From Macrostomum lignano (lineage: Eukaryota): a stretch of 64,000 bases of DNA. Positions 35,201-48,362 of the stretch are shown piece after piece. How positions within the stretch are numbered: the first letter of the stretch is position 1; each line of letters starts with the position of its first letter. Below the pieces are notes generated by a model. That model made no database searches, was not told the DNA's origin, and saw only the letters and a program-made list of their open reading frames with translations. The DNA is taken from the NCBI GenBank assembly GCA_002269645.1, contig NIVC01002112.1, positions 140,228 to 204,227 of the forward strand, in the 5' to 3' direction. Both the position numbers and the translations under genes were made by a program.

Positions 35201-38200
35201 ACCTCCCGATAAGCATATTCCTTGAAACCTCCCGATAAGCATATTCCTAGAAACCTCCCGATAAGCATATTCCTTGAAACCTCCCGATAAGCATATTCCT
35301 TGAAACCTCCCGATAAGCATATTCCTTGAAACCTCCCGATAAGCATATTCCTTGAAACCTCCCGATAAGCATATTCCTTGAAACCTCCCGATATCCCGAT
35401 AATCACATTCTTAGAAACCCTCGGATAAGCACATTCCTAAAAACCCTGATATAAGGAAATTCCTAGAAAACCTGGTATAAGCACATTCCTAGAAACCCTC
35501 CGGTAAGTAACTCCTAGAAAACCTCGGATAAGTACATTCCTAGAAACCCTCCGGTAAGTAACTCCTAGAAACTCTCGGATAAGTACATTCCTAGAAACCC
35601 TCCGGTAAGTAACTCCTAGAAACTCTCGGATAAGTACATTCCTAGAAACCCTCCGGTAAGTAACTCCTAGAAACCCTCGGATAAGTACATTCCTAGAAAC
35701 CCTCCGGTAAGTAATTCCTAGAAACCCTCTGGTAATAATTCCTAGAAACCCTCGGATAAGTACATTCCTAGAAACCCTCCGGTAAGTAATTCCTAGAAAC
35801 CCTCGGATAAGTACATTCCTAGAAACCCTCGGACTGTAAGCTCATTTCCTAGACAAAAAATCTTAATGCTAGATGCTTAATCTTCAGATTTCGTTTTTCA
35901 ATGCTCTTCAGCGGACACAAGCAAACGTATTTCAGTGCTGCATACTTGTACTTTTAAATCGCAAACAATTTTTAGGGCATAAAAAAGACGCCATGCTCCT
36001 ATGCCGTGCACTTTAAGCCATCTGGCGATGTGCCAATCACTACGCCCCTGCTTAGCCTGGATACTAATGTTACTGTGCGAATACTTATTGGCCAGGTGCA
36101 ATTCTTCCGGTGAGTATAACCCCTATTCCTGTCATTTTTGCAGGCATTAAACGCTAAGAATGCCGAATTGAATCTTTTATTTCGTACATAAAATTTCGAG
36201 CTCTTGAGATTCGAGTTTATGAGATTCGAGCTTATAAGATTTGAGTTTGTGAGATTCGAGTTTGTGAGATTTGAGTTTGTTAGATTCAAGCTTATGAGAT
36301 TTGAGTTTTTTAGATTCGAGCTTATGCGATTTGAATTTGTTAGATTCGAGCTTATGAGATTTAAGTTTGTTAGATTCGAGCTTATGAGATTCGACTTTAT
36401 GAGATTTAAGATTGTTAGATTCGAGCTTATTCGAGTTTATGAGATTCGAGCTTATGAGATTTGAGTTTGTTAGATTCGAGCTTGTGAGATTCAACTTTAT
36501 GAGATTTAAGTTTGTTAGATTCGAGCTTATGAGATTCGACTTTATGAGATTTAGGTTTGTTAGATTCGAGCTTATGAGATTCGACTTTATGAGATTTAGG
36601 TTTGTTAGATTCGAGCTTATTCGAGTTTATGAGATTCGAGCTTATGAGATTCGAGTTTATGAGATTCGAGCTTATGAGATTCGAGCTTATGAGATTCGAG
36701 CTTATGAGATTTGAGTTTGTTAGATTCGAATTTATGAGATTCGAGCTTATGAGATTCGACTTTATGATATTCGAGTTTATGAATATGAGTTTATGATCTA
36801 ATTATCTTATAAACTAATTATTCGAGTTTATGAGATTCGAGCTTATGAGATTCGAGCTTATGAGATTTGAGTTTGTTAGATTCGAGCTTATGAGATTCGA
36901 GTTTATGAGATTTGAGTTTATGAGATTCGAGCTTATGAGATTTGAGCTTATGAGATTTGAGTTTTTTAGATTCGAGCTTATGAGATTTGAGTTTGTTAGA
37001 ATTGAGCTTATGAGATTTGAGCTTATGAGATTCGAGCTTATGAGATTCGAGCTTATGAGATTCGAGCTTATGAGATTTCGAGCTTATGAGATTCGAGCTT
37101 ATGAGATTTCGAGATTATGAGATTCGAGCTTATGAGATTTGAGTTTTTTAGATTCGAGCTTATGAGATTTGAGTTTGTTAGAATTGAGCTTATGAGATTT
37201 GAGCTTATGAGATTCGAGCTTATGAGATTCGAGCTTATGAGATTCGAGCTTATGAGATTTCAAGCTGATATGATTCGAGCTTATGAGACCCCTGCCCTGT
37301 CTAGTGTTTACAAATCAGTTGTTTTTAACTTCTACAAACAATTTTAGCCTCGCCCTGCCCGAGTTTGCCTACAGCGTTGAACTCGAGATCTTCGACTGCA
37401 CTCCGAAAATCCACTTTGCCGGCTTAGGCCTCAGAAATGCCAGCGAATCCGGCTGCGCGCTGTTCGCTCTCGTGTCAGCCGGCTCCGTTGCCGACCCTCG
37501 CCAGCTGTCAGCAAGATTAACGTCTACTAAGCGAATATTCGCCGGCCAATTATCGCCTCTGTCCGATGCCAATTATTTGTCATTGGCTGCTAATAAAGTT
37601 CCAGTTAGTGTGACTGTATCGGTGCGCCTGCACCGGAAATGTCGGCCGCCTTCGGCTGACCTGTCGTTATTGGCTACTTCAGCCTCATCGAATTCGGAAA
37701 CTGCTTGCGAGCTGTACTCGCCAAGTTTACAGGTGAAAAATAGTTTTTTTAGTTTCTTATCTTAATTTTTATCTCCTATGTGCTCAATTTTATATCTTTC
37801 ATCACTTCCTCAATCTGATCTTCGTCTCATCCAGAATCTTTCAATTATCTTATACCGAATATTGTTTTCATGTATCTCTTGAACGTTCTCTACATCTTAT
37901 CTACAGCCCTATCTTCTCTTCATATTATCATTAATCTTCCTCTTATCGTATCCCCAATCTTCCCTTCATCTCATCCCCAATCTCACCCTCATCTCATCCC
38001 AAATCTCGCCTTCATCTCATCCCAAATCTCGCCTTTATCTCATCCCCAATCTCGCCTACATCTCATCCTCAATCTTGCCTTCATCTCATCCCAAATCTCG
38101 CCTTCATCTCATTCCAAATCTCGCCTTCATCTCATCCCAAATCTCGCCTTTATCTCATCCCAAATCTCGCCTTCATCTCATCTCAAATCTCGCCTTCATC

Positions 38201-41200
38201 TCATCTCAAATCTCGCCTTCATCTCATCCCAATCTCGCCTTTATCTCATTCTCAATTTCGCCTTCATCTCATCTCAAATCTCGCCTTCATCTCATCCCAA
38301 ATCTCGCCTTCATCTCATCCCAAATCTCGCCTTCATCTCATTCCAAATCTCGCCTTCATCTCATTCTTAAATTCGCCTTCATCTCATTCCAAATCTCGCC
38401 TTCATCTCATCCCAAATCTCGCCTTCATCTCATTCCAAATCTCGCCTTCATCTCATTCCAAATCTCGCCTTCATCTCATTCCAAATCTCGCCTTCATCTC
38501 ATCCCAAATCTCGCCTTCATCTCATCCAAATCTCGCCTTCATCTCATCTCAAATCTCGCCTTCATCTCATCCCAATCTCGCCTTTATCTCATTCTCAATT
38601 TCGCCTTCATCTCATCTCAAATCTCGCCTTCATCTCATCCCAAATCTCGCCTTCATCTCATCCCAAATCTCGCCTTCATCTCATTCCAAATCTCGCCTTT
38701 ATCTCATTCTTAAATTCGCCTTCATTTCATTCCAAATCTCGCCTTTCTCATATCTCGCCTTCATCTCATTCCAAATCTCGCCTTCATCTCATTCCAAATC
38801 TCGCCTTCATCTCATTCTTAAATTCGCCTTCATCTCATTCCAAATCTCGCCTTCATCTCATCCCAAATCTCGCCTTCATCTCATCTCAAATCTCGCCTTC
38901 ATCTCATTCCGAATCTCGCCTTTATCTCATTCTTAATTTCGCCTTCATCTCATCCCCAATCTTCAATGATTCCTTAATCTCATCCCATCATTCTCGCCTA
39001 ATCATCTCGCCACCGTGACCCCCACCCCACGCAGAACTACGACATCTATGGCAAGACGGTGATCGCGCCGTCCAGCCGAGAGGCTGGCGGACGAATTCTG
39101 CGCATTTATTCCAGCATCCCCACCGTGATCCCCTTCACTATTCGCGGCCTATTCGACTCGGTTCGCTACCTGCTAATTGATGTCGAGTCCAAGACTAATC
39201 CAGTGTCCTTGGACTTTTGTCTCGGCAGGCGGCTCAGCCTTGGCCTCGAAGAGGACGCCAAGTTTTGCGAAATTCGATTTCAAATGCGAAACCATGACAA
39301 CCAGCTGAGTCGCGTGATGCCGCATCCGCCGGCCGGGGTCTGGTATCTGGCGATCGTGAATAAGCTGCTTAACAGGTAAAACTGTCTGCTTATTTTTTAT
39401 TAGAGATGAAGGGAGTAATAAGTGATAAAGAGAGAGGCAGGAGATAAAGGGAGAGGCAAAAGATGACAGGAGATGCTATAGAGGAAGGGAGATGCTATAG
39501 ATGAAGGGAGAGGCAAGAGATGAAGGGAGAGGCAAGAGATGAAGGGAGAGGCAAGAGATTAAGGAAAGGGCAAGAGATGAAGGGAGAGGCAAGAGATGAA
39601 GGGAGATGCAATAGATGAAGGGAGAGGCAAGAGATTAAGGAAAGGGCAAGAGATGAAGAGAGAGGCAAGAGATGAAGGGAGAGGCAAGAGATTAAGGAAA
39701 GGGCAAGAGATGAAGGGAGAGGCAAGAGATTAAGGAAAGGGCAAGAGATGAAGGGAGAGGCAAGAGATTAAGGAAAGGGCAAGAGATGAAGGGAGAGGCA
39801 AGAGATTAAGGAAAGGGCAAGAGATGAAGGGAGAGGCAAGCGATTGAAAGCAAGAAAAGCAGAGGGAATTAAAAGATGGGGAAAAGCTGAATCGAGGTAA
39901 AGAAGTGCAGCGAACGGGATATGAAGGTCACATGTAAGTCGAAGATAGAGGAAAGAATTGATAAAGGAAAATTCAGGAAACCTCCAGAACCGTATCTTAG
40001 CACCCGTTTGTAACCCGCTCAAACTGCAGAGCAGAGATTACCTTAACGATTCGAACCACGGATTGTCCATCAAAATGCTTAAATGGTGGCCAATGTGACA
40101 AGCAGTCCATTGCATCGATGACCGTCCGCATCTGCCGCTGCTACGATGGCTTCGCTGGCGACCTGTGCGAGGCTCGCGTGCCCAGCAGCCCCGATCCGCT
40201 GACCTCCCTGCTGCTGCTCTGCCTCAGCAATGCCGCCTTCCTGCCTACCGTGGCCTTGGCCTTCCGCCGCGGCCTGCTGGTTGAAGCCCTCATCTACTGC
40301 GCTGCCATGCTAGCCTCTGCGGTGAGCCTCCCTCATCTTGGCTCTCCCATCCTGAATCTCCCATCCTGAATCTCCCATCCTGACTCCTCTCCATCCTGAC
40401 TCCCCATCCTGACTCTTTCCCATCCTGACTCTCCCATCCTGAATCTCCCATCCTGAATCTCCCATCCTGACTCCCCATCATGACTCTCTCATCCTGACTC
40501 TCCCATCCTGACTCTCTCATCCTGACCCCTCCCATCCTGACTCCCCATCCTGACTCTCCCATCCTGAATCTCCCATCCTGACTCTCCCATCCTGACTCCC
40601 CATCATGATTCCTACCCATCCTGACTCCCCATCCTGACTCCCCATCATGAATTCTCTCCATCCTGACTCCCCATCATGATTCCTACCCATCCTGACTCTC
40701 CATCATGATTCCTCTCCATCCTGACTCCCCATCATGATTCCTACCCATCCTGACTCTCCATCATGATTCCTCTCCATCCTGACTCCCCATCATGACTCCC
40801 CATCCTGACTCTCCCATCCTGACTCTCCCATCCTGAATCTCCCATCCTGACTCTCCCATCCTGACTCTCCCATCCTGAATCTCCCATCCTGACTCTCCCA
40901 TCCTGACTCCCCATCCTGACTCTTTCCCATCCTGACTCCCCATCCTGACTCCCCATCCTGACTCTCCCATCCTGAATCTCCCATTCTGACTCTCCCATCC
41001 TGACTCCCCATCCTGACTCTCCATCCTGACTCTCCCATCCTGACTCTCCCATCCTGACTCCCCATCCTGACTCCCCATCCTGAATCTCCCATCCTGACTC
41101 TCCCATCCTGAATCTCCCATCCTGAATCTCCAATCCTGAATCTCCCATCCTGACTCTTTCCCATCCTGACTCCCCATCCTGACTCCCCATCCTGACTCTC

Positions 41201-44200
41201 CCATCCTGAATCTCCCATCCTGACTCCCCATCCTGACTCCCCATCCTGACTCTCCCATCCTGAATCTCCCATCCTGAATCTCCCATCCTGAATCTCCCAT
41301 CCTGACTCCCCATCCTGACTCTCTCATCCTGACCCCTCCCATCCTGACTCCCCATCCTGACTCTCCCATCATGACTCCCCATCCTGACTCCCCATCCTGA
41401 CTCTCCCATCCTGAATCTCCCATCCTGACTCTCCCATCCTGACTCCCCATCCTGACTCTCCCATCCTGAATCTCCCATCCTGAATCTCCCATCCTGACTC
41501 CCCATCATGACTCTCTCATCCTGACTCTCCCATCTTGACTCTCCCATCCTGACTCCCCATCCTGACTCTCTCATCCTGACTACCCATCCTGACTCTCCCA
41601 TCATGACTCTCCCATTCTGACTCCCTCATCCTGACTCTCCCATCCTGAATCTCCCATCCTGACTCTCCCATCCTGACTCCCCATCATGACTCCTCTCCAT
41701 CCTGACTCCCCATCATGACTCCCCATCCTGACTCTTTCCCATCCTGACTCTCCCATCCTGACTCCCCATCATGAATTCTCCCCATCCTGACTCCCCATCC
41801 TGACTCCCCATCCTGACTCCCCATCATGACACCTACCCATTCTGACTCCCCATCATGACTCCTACCCATTCTGACTCCCCATCATGACTCCTACCCATCC
41901 TGACTCCCCATCATGATTCCTCTCCATCCTGACTCCCCATCATGATTCCTCTCCATCCTGACTCCCCATCATGATTCCTCTCCATCCTGACTCCCCATCA
42001 TGATTCCTCTCCATCCTGACTCCCCATCATGATTCATCTCCATCCTGACTCCCCATCATGATTCCTACCCATCCTGACTCCCCATCCTGACTCCCCATTC
42101 TGACTCCCCATTCTGACTCCCCATCCTGACTCCCCATCCTGACTCCTACCCATTCTGACTCCCCATCATGACTCCTCTCCATCCTGACTCCCCATCATGA
42201 TTCCTCTCCATCCTGACTCCCCATCATGACTCCTACCCATCCTGACTCCCCATCCTGACTCCCCATCATGACTCCCCATCATGACTCCTACCCATCCTGA
42301 CTCCCCATCCTGACTCCCCATCATGACTCCTACCCATCCTGACTCCCCATCCTGACTCCCCATCATGACTCCTACCCATCCTGACTCCCCATCCTGACTC
42401 CCCATCCTGACTCTCCCATCCTGACTCCCCATCCTGACTCCTACCCATCCTGACTCCCCATTCTGGCTCCTCCCCATCCTGACTCCCCATCATGACTCCT
42501 ACCCATCCTGACTCCCCATTCTGACTCCTCGCCATCCTGACTCCTCATCATGACTACTATTCTGACTCCAATCCTGTCTCCCGCATCCAAAATCTTCCAT
42601 CTTGACTCTCTCCTCTTGACTCCTCCCTCTCTGACACTCCCTGACCCTGACTCTTCCACCTCCTGACTAATCCTCATTGACCCTTACTGTCCCTGACCCT
42701 CAATCTGCCCCTCATCTCCATTTTGAACCGCATCTCCCTGGCATTACCAGTTTTACCACGCCTGCGACAACAACTACGTGAATCAGCTGTGCGTCTTCCA
42801 ATTCGATACTCTTGGCAAGCTGGACTTTCTCGGCGCTTTTCTCAGCCTATGGGTTACTCTACTCCTACTGGTGGACCTGACGCCGCAGTTGAAACAGCTG
42901 GCGCAAACTGCCGGCTCGCTGTTCCTAATGATTGGCGTGCTGATCAATCGGACTAGCTTTGTTATAATTGCTGTCCCGCTGGGTGTCGGCTTTGCGGCGC
43001 TAATCCTTTCCTGGGTGAGGGCTGTGCCGCAGATTATCTCATTATTTGCTCAGTTATGATTATGAAGTGGAAAGTATTAGTTAAACAAAATCGGAACACT
43101 TCTCTAGAGCATAGATCCTTTATTCTCTAGATCAGCAAAACCATTGAGCTCAACGCAGCAGTAAAAAAATCCGCGACATCAAAAACTTTTCAGTAGTGTG
43201 AACGCGCATGGTTGCTATTTTTTGTTTAAGAAAGAGACAAGTGAAGCAACAGCTGCATCAAGCGTTGCGCTGTTGTCAAATGAGTAGTGAAGATGACTGA
43301 TTTCGCTTAGTTGACTTTAAACCCGCGGAACATACTCCCCCGTCCTCACCCATGGACACACGTTCCTCACCCATGGACACACGTTCCTCACCCATGGACA
43401 CACGTTCCTCACCCATGGACACACGTTCCTCACCCTTGGACACATGTTCCTCACCCATGGACACACGTTCCTCACCCTTGGACACACGTTCCTCACCCAT
43501 GGACACACGTTCCTCACCCATGGACACACGTTCCTCACCCATGGACACACGTTCCTCACCCATGGACACACGTTCCTCACCCATGGACACACGTTCCTCA
43601 CCCATGGACACACGTTCCTCACCCATGGACACACGTTCCTCACCCTTGTACACATGTTCCTCACCCATGGACACACGTTCCTCACCCATGGACACACGTT
43701 CCTCAACCATGGACACACGTTCCTCACCCATGGATTGTCTGAAGTTTGCTACAGTATAAACTTACAAAGCAAAATTTTGAAAAAGTTTTTTGATTTTCGA
43801 TTTTTGATTTGAATAAGTTTTAAATTTTTATTTTTTATTTATTTCTGAATTGACATCACTTTGATTCGATAATTATTTAGACCTGCCGTTGCTACACAAG
43901 CAAGCGCTGCTATCCGCCGCGGCGGCTCATTCTAACCAGCCTGCTTCCTGGCGGCTGCCTCGCCCTAGCCGGATTCGCCATGTTCGCCCTGCTGAACACG
44001 CGGTCCAATTACTATTTAGTGCACTCCGGCTGGCACTGCTGCGTAGCATTTGCTATTCTTTTGTTTCTAATACCGCTCGATCGGGTCCGGTTTCTACCGC
44101 GCAACCGCGTTGATGCCGCTTCGCCGTTCGAATCCGGCGACGCTGGCGCCGTTCGAAACTGCGGCATTGATCGCTGCTTCGTCTTGACCAGCCGCGGCGT

Positions 44201-44528
44201 CGGCAACGGCGACCAACGCGCCGTCGGCGACGCCACCAGCCGGGATGTCGAATATTCCGCTCTGCCGTTGCTTCGCGCCGCCACAGCTTCGTCTAGTCGC
44301 AACGGTGACGGCGTCCTTGGAAACGGCTTGTCGCGCCGGTCGAACTCGACCATGTCGCTACGGTCGTCTTCGTCTGGGGAAGACGAAGCGGACGCGACGA
44401 AGGCTGCAGAAGATGTCGACGGGCAGCAGATGGCGGAGGTGTCTCGGCAACTAGTCGGCGTTCGCGTTGGACGACGCAGGTCGCCTGGCCTGCAAGCTTC
44501 GGCTGGTGACTTGTCGGGCGGCCTGTAG
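32207..44528 (+). CDS. tmem8: TMEM8/PGAP6-family (CREST superfamily) membrane protein with EGF-like domain, exons 2-9
   Basis: Join 32207-32369, 34283-34490, 35976-36109, 37348-37732, 39035-39375, 40030-40321, 42751-43014, 43881-44528. All junctions are GT-AG and phase-consistent. Motifs: SQHGAVPWLN (cf. GAPPVIN), RLALPEFAYSVELEIFDC, PHPPAGVWYL, EGF-like CPSKCLNGGQC...CRCYDGFAGDLC, LLLLCLSNAAFLP, LVEALIY, FYHACD, LDFLG, NYYLVHSGWH (CREST S-xxx-H and HxxxH residues). Confidence 0.9.
32914..33775. repeat. 15-bp (AGAGTAGCCTACTAC) and 28-bp arrays; mirrored at 54575-55245
   Basis: Direct reading. Confidence 0.93.
33382..33520. mobile_element. Left-arm copy of the palindromic CCAAT/CACGTG element
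   Basis: CCGTTTCTATTGGCAACAC...GTAAGTCGCTATTGG...GTCACGTGAC...CCAATAGCGACTTAC...GTGTTGCCAATAGAAACGG. Confidence 0.7.
34870..35835. repeat. 26-bp (TTCCTTGAAACCTCCCGATAAGCATA) and about 51-bp dimer arrays; mirrored at 52925-53480
   Basis: Direct reading. Confidence 0.93.
36200..37285. repeat. 15-bp GAGATTCGAGCTTAT array (TMEM8 intron 4)
   Basis: Direct reading; mirrored and expanded at 50400-52510. Confidence 0.95.
37950..38960. repeat. Minisatellite, 23 bp unit TCTCGCCTTCATCTCATCCCAAA
   Basis: Direct reading. Confidence 0.95.
39420..39842. repeat. Purine-rich minisatellite, 19 bp unit GCAAGAGATGAAGGGAGAG
   Basis: Direct reading. Confidence 0.9.
40335..42545. repeat. 13-14 bp CTCCCATCCTGA array, about 2.2 kb (TMEM8 intron 7)
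   Basis: Direct reading. Confidence 0.96.
43345..43735. repeat. Minisatellite, 21 bp unit CCCATGGACACACGTTCCTCA
   Basis: Direct reading. Confidence 0.96.
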
Positions 44529-46307
44529 TCACTGTCTGACTGCCGCTTGCATGAGCAGCTGCTGATTAAAAAGATTCTCAAGAAAACTTCTCACCAGATA
44601 TATATACCTTAAACCTTAGTACGTCCTTAGTAAGTTCTTAGACACCCCTCCTGTCTCTGCATCTGTTCAATCGATTTTTGTAAAAATTTACACAAAACAT
44701 TGACCAATATGTAATGAATTCAGTGCTGAGGGTTTACAGAGCAAAAGCAATCGATCATTTATTGAGGGACCTACGAAATTAGCAATACGATTTTAAACTC
44801 AACAAAATGTAACAGTTAACGAGCAAACAGTTCAAACTTCAAACTGACAAGTTCCAGAGCTTAAAATACAGATCACCAATCGTGAAAATCTTCAGAAGAA
44901 TCTTCATTCCGTCGAATGCACTTGTCATATCGCATCGGCAACTCCTCAGTTCTCATCCTCAATCCACGCCGGCCACATATCCTTAGGTGTCGCTCTGATC
45001 AGCCCCTCCGCAGCCGCTTGCAGCTCAGGGGAAGCTGGCGAACCGCTGGCCTCTTGGAATCATCCTGTGTGCTGAATCTGCTCAGATTGAACTCGTCTCC
45101 CAGAGCTGAAATTGCCGCCCTTTGTTGCAAGCAGACTTCGTGTCGGCGACTCTTTTGCTGTTAAACCATCTGAGGCTGGTTCCGCGTCTCAGCGTCTGAA
45201 TCTCTGCGCACTCTGGCTATGCTGCTTACTGCTTTGTTCTTTTTTCTCTTTAATCCATGACTAAACCTTCACAGCTTGCATTAGTATTAAATCAATACTC
45301 AGCGGGAGCAGTGATATTTTGGAGCTGCAATGTCACCACTGGAGTCCAGATTCGATGCTCTTCAAAAATCGTATTGCTAATTTCGTGGGTTCCTCAGTAG
45401 ATGATCGATTGCTTTTGCTCTGTCAACCCGATTAAGCTGAAACATTAGCACTGAATTCATTACATATTGGCCCATGTTTGTGTAAATTTTTACAGAAATC
45501 GATTGAACAGATGCAGAGATGGAAGGGGTGTCTAAGAACCTTTATTTTATCCAGCAACCTATAATTACTATTATACAGCGAATGGTCACGATCCAAGCAT
45601 GAACTATACGGGCGATTTGCAATCAAACATGACAAGTCAGCCCTGTTTATTTTATCACTCTTGCTGTGCTTCGAGGTTTGAACAGAAGTCTCCTAGCTCT
45701 TTGCTCCGCAAATTCTTTGTTTGTCTTTGTTTGTCTTTGTTTAGTTTTACTCTGGTGCTACAAAAAATATTCTATATTCGTCTTTGTCACAGATGTTGCA
45801 GTCGCATTCGCTTTTAATACGTCGAACACGCGGCTGTTTGTCTGCTTTTCGTAACTTGGTTAATTGGTTTGTCAAATGTTCTTAAATAATTTTGTCTCTA
45901 TTGCGTTTCAACACATGTAACACATGCATGGCTTGGGCTTATGAAATAAAAAGAAGACAATATGAAAATAAATCCTTGACTACATGTACATAAAACCTAC
46001 ATAAAATATAACAGATTAATACGAGGTGCATGCTAAATTAAAGAAAATGTAATCCTCGCTGCCCCAGATCAAATGCAAGCATTGATTTTCTAATGAGAAA
46101 ATCATTTTTTTCTATCTCCTCAAGGGCAATCTTGGAAAATTTTCCATGAAAGTGGCCTCCAAAAAGTAAAACGATCTTAGAGTTTTCCGTCTAATACTAC
46201 AGTGGTGCTTGCATAAATCATGCTATCTGTAATGCCATTTTGTTGAGTAGACTTCTGTAAAGTTTTTAAATTCTCCTTTACATTTGCCATATCATGCAAT
46301 GGAGGGT

Positions 46308-46404
46308 TCATCGGAAGTCAGAGTTTAAGGCAATGGCCTTTGACATGGCCTTGCTACCGCCGCTCGTGTCAAAGGCCATTGCCTTAAACTCTGACTTCCG
46401 ATGA
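46308..46404. repeat. Perfect 38-bp inverted repeat (hairpin, 21-nt loop) upstream of the recombinase
   Basis: TCATCGGAAGTCAGAGTTTAAGGCAATGGCCTTTGACA (46308-46345) is the exact reverse complement of 46367-46404. Confidence 0.95.
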
Positions 46405-46660
46405 GCATCATTGCTTAAAATTTCAAAACTCTTACGTAATCTACGCACTTTATGTACACTATCGTGAATTCTTATCAGTCGATGCTGCTAAGGGGGTTTG
46501 AGATAAGGTTACCTCCACCTCGCCTATGTCTCACCTTTAAGTCGCGCACCTGAAATCACCCACCCCTTACTCTGCACCCACCCCTAAATTAATTACAAAT
46601 ATAAATATTTGCGTGTCTAGAGGTCAAATCTCAGATAGAGAAAAGCGGACGGCTGCAGAG

Positions 46661-48144
46661 ATGGAGGCACCGCTCATTAATTGGAAGCATTTGCCCTGCA
46701 GTGAGCTGGGCAACGTGACCAAGGACGAATTGAATTTTGTTTCGGAGGCTTCTTACAATGACAGAAGGGACGACGAGTTCGCTAGATTTCTCGAATTCAT
46801 TCAAAAGGAGCCCGAGCCCGATGAGCATCTGCCGCTCCTGTAGGAAGGCGGCGTAGATATCAGCGCCATGGACATCGCCGAGATTGTCAGCCTACCAGCA
46901 GACAGCAGGAAGCACATGATCAGCCATGGACAGCGGTTCAGGACATTCCTCACAGAGGAAAATCTTCAGCGCAATTTACAAACCATTCCGAATTCGGTGC
47001 TCAACCAATACATTCGCTACTTCTACTTTAAACTGAAGAAGATTGACGGCGAACCCTACTCTCCCGCATCGCTGGTGTGCATCAGGGCTGGACTGCAGCG
47101 CTATTTGCGAATGATCGAGAAGCTAACCGTTGACATCATCAATGGAGAAGACTTTTCTTCTGAAAATAGCATGCTGCGTGTGAAGGTTCGAGACTTTCAC
47201 CGGAGTGGTGGGAGGACGCAGCAGTTTGAGCCAATCGAGGAGGGGGACATGAGGAAGCTGATGATCTACTTCCAAGGCAGCACAGCTGAAGTTGAGCAGG
47301 ACAAATTCTTATTCTACATCATATACAGCTTTGGCGAGCGAGGCCAGGAGCACCTCAAGTTCTTGAAGGATAGAAGCTCACTTCAATTGCACGTCGACTC
47401 TGATGGAAAGCCGTACTACTGTCTGCCTCCGTTGCCCTCGAAAAATAAGTCAGCAGATCCAGAGAAGGCCAAGAAGCAGCCGGACAACAAGCAGGCCAGA
47501 ATTTACGACGTGGAAAAGGTGGAGAAATACCTCAAGCTGCTTCCAGTTACAACGAAGGACAACAATCTGTTTCCTCGTCCTTTGGCCAGCCGCAACGATG
47601 GAGGCCCTGTTTTCTCCTCGAAGCAGAACCGTGGAGAGAATTATCTGAGTGGCTTCATGAGAAACTTGAGTACGAAGGTGGGACTTGCGAAGACCTACAC
47701 GAATCATTGCATTCGGTAAGACTGATAAATTAATAATAGTAACTTTAATTATGTTATGATACATGTTATGTTACCAATTACTCATGAATCCAACTATATA
47801 AATTTGCACTCTAAAACAGGGTCACGCGAATATGCGATCTCGAGGCGGCAGGGCACAGCATGAGCGATATAATGAGCATTACTGGACAGCTGAGCGAGCG
47901 AAAGACTAGGAGGTACCTGGCCAAGCGTCGCGACCGGTCGCTTCAAAAGACGAGTGAGTCTGTTCACATGAATCGTCATGATCTAGAGCAAGAAGCTGGG
48001 CCACCCGAACATGCTGATGCTGTTGAGATCGTCGGTGAGACTGCAGTATCGACGGAGGTTAGTGTTAGCACTGAAGCTGCCTATTCTGTTGGTACGAAGT
48101 TTGCCTTCAACAATTGCACCTTTCACGGATGTTCCTTTAATTAG
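46661..48144 (+). mobile_element. Crypton-type (DUF3504/ZMYM-like) tyrosine recombinase gene, 2 exons, one upstream in-frame TAG
   Basis: ATG 46661, TAG 46841-46843, then the same frame continues (ATG 46868) to 47715. Intron 47716-47819 (CG|gtaag...aacag|G). Exon 2 is 47820-48144. Motifs: LKKIDGEPYSPASLVCIRAGLQRYL, SFGERG (catalytic R), GENYLSGFM...YTNHCIR (HxxR), ITGQ (normally TGH), RRYL (catalytic Y), C-terminal FNNCTF. Confidence 0.85.
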
Positions 48145-48362
48145 GCATGCAATCTTTACTTCTACAGGAATTAGCAAATTGTACTCGTAGAATTACTGAA
48201 AGAATAAGAACGACAGTCTAGTTTAATATTTTTTATTTAATGACTGTGCCAGTTTAATTATTTACATCTTAAAATAAACGTTTTGAATTGACTGATGCAA
48301 GATCCGCTTTGCAAGATGCTGGATAAAAACTGGCTTGAATTAATTGGTTGCATTGAAATTGG

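Larger units (their letters stand above)
29255..37717 (+). repeat. Left arm of about 8 kb inverted segmental duplication
   Basis: Collinear reverse-complement match to 49952-57974, including unique intron sequence, exons and the same series of minisatellites. Confidence 0.92.

Noticed and set aside
36177-37347. RFELM and LESHK repeat ORFs, also at 50404-52100
   Set aside because: 15-bp intronic minisatellite.
40290-43812. Multiple GESGW, MGEERVS and WTHVPHP ORFs
   Set aside because: Intronic tandem repeats of TMEM8 with no coding signal.
44900-45240. GC-rich stretch after TMEM8 as an extra exon
   Set aside because: Stops in all frames tried, and no consistent splice sites or homology.
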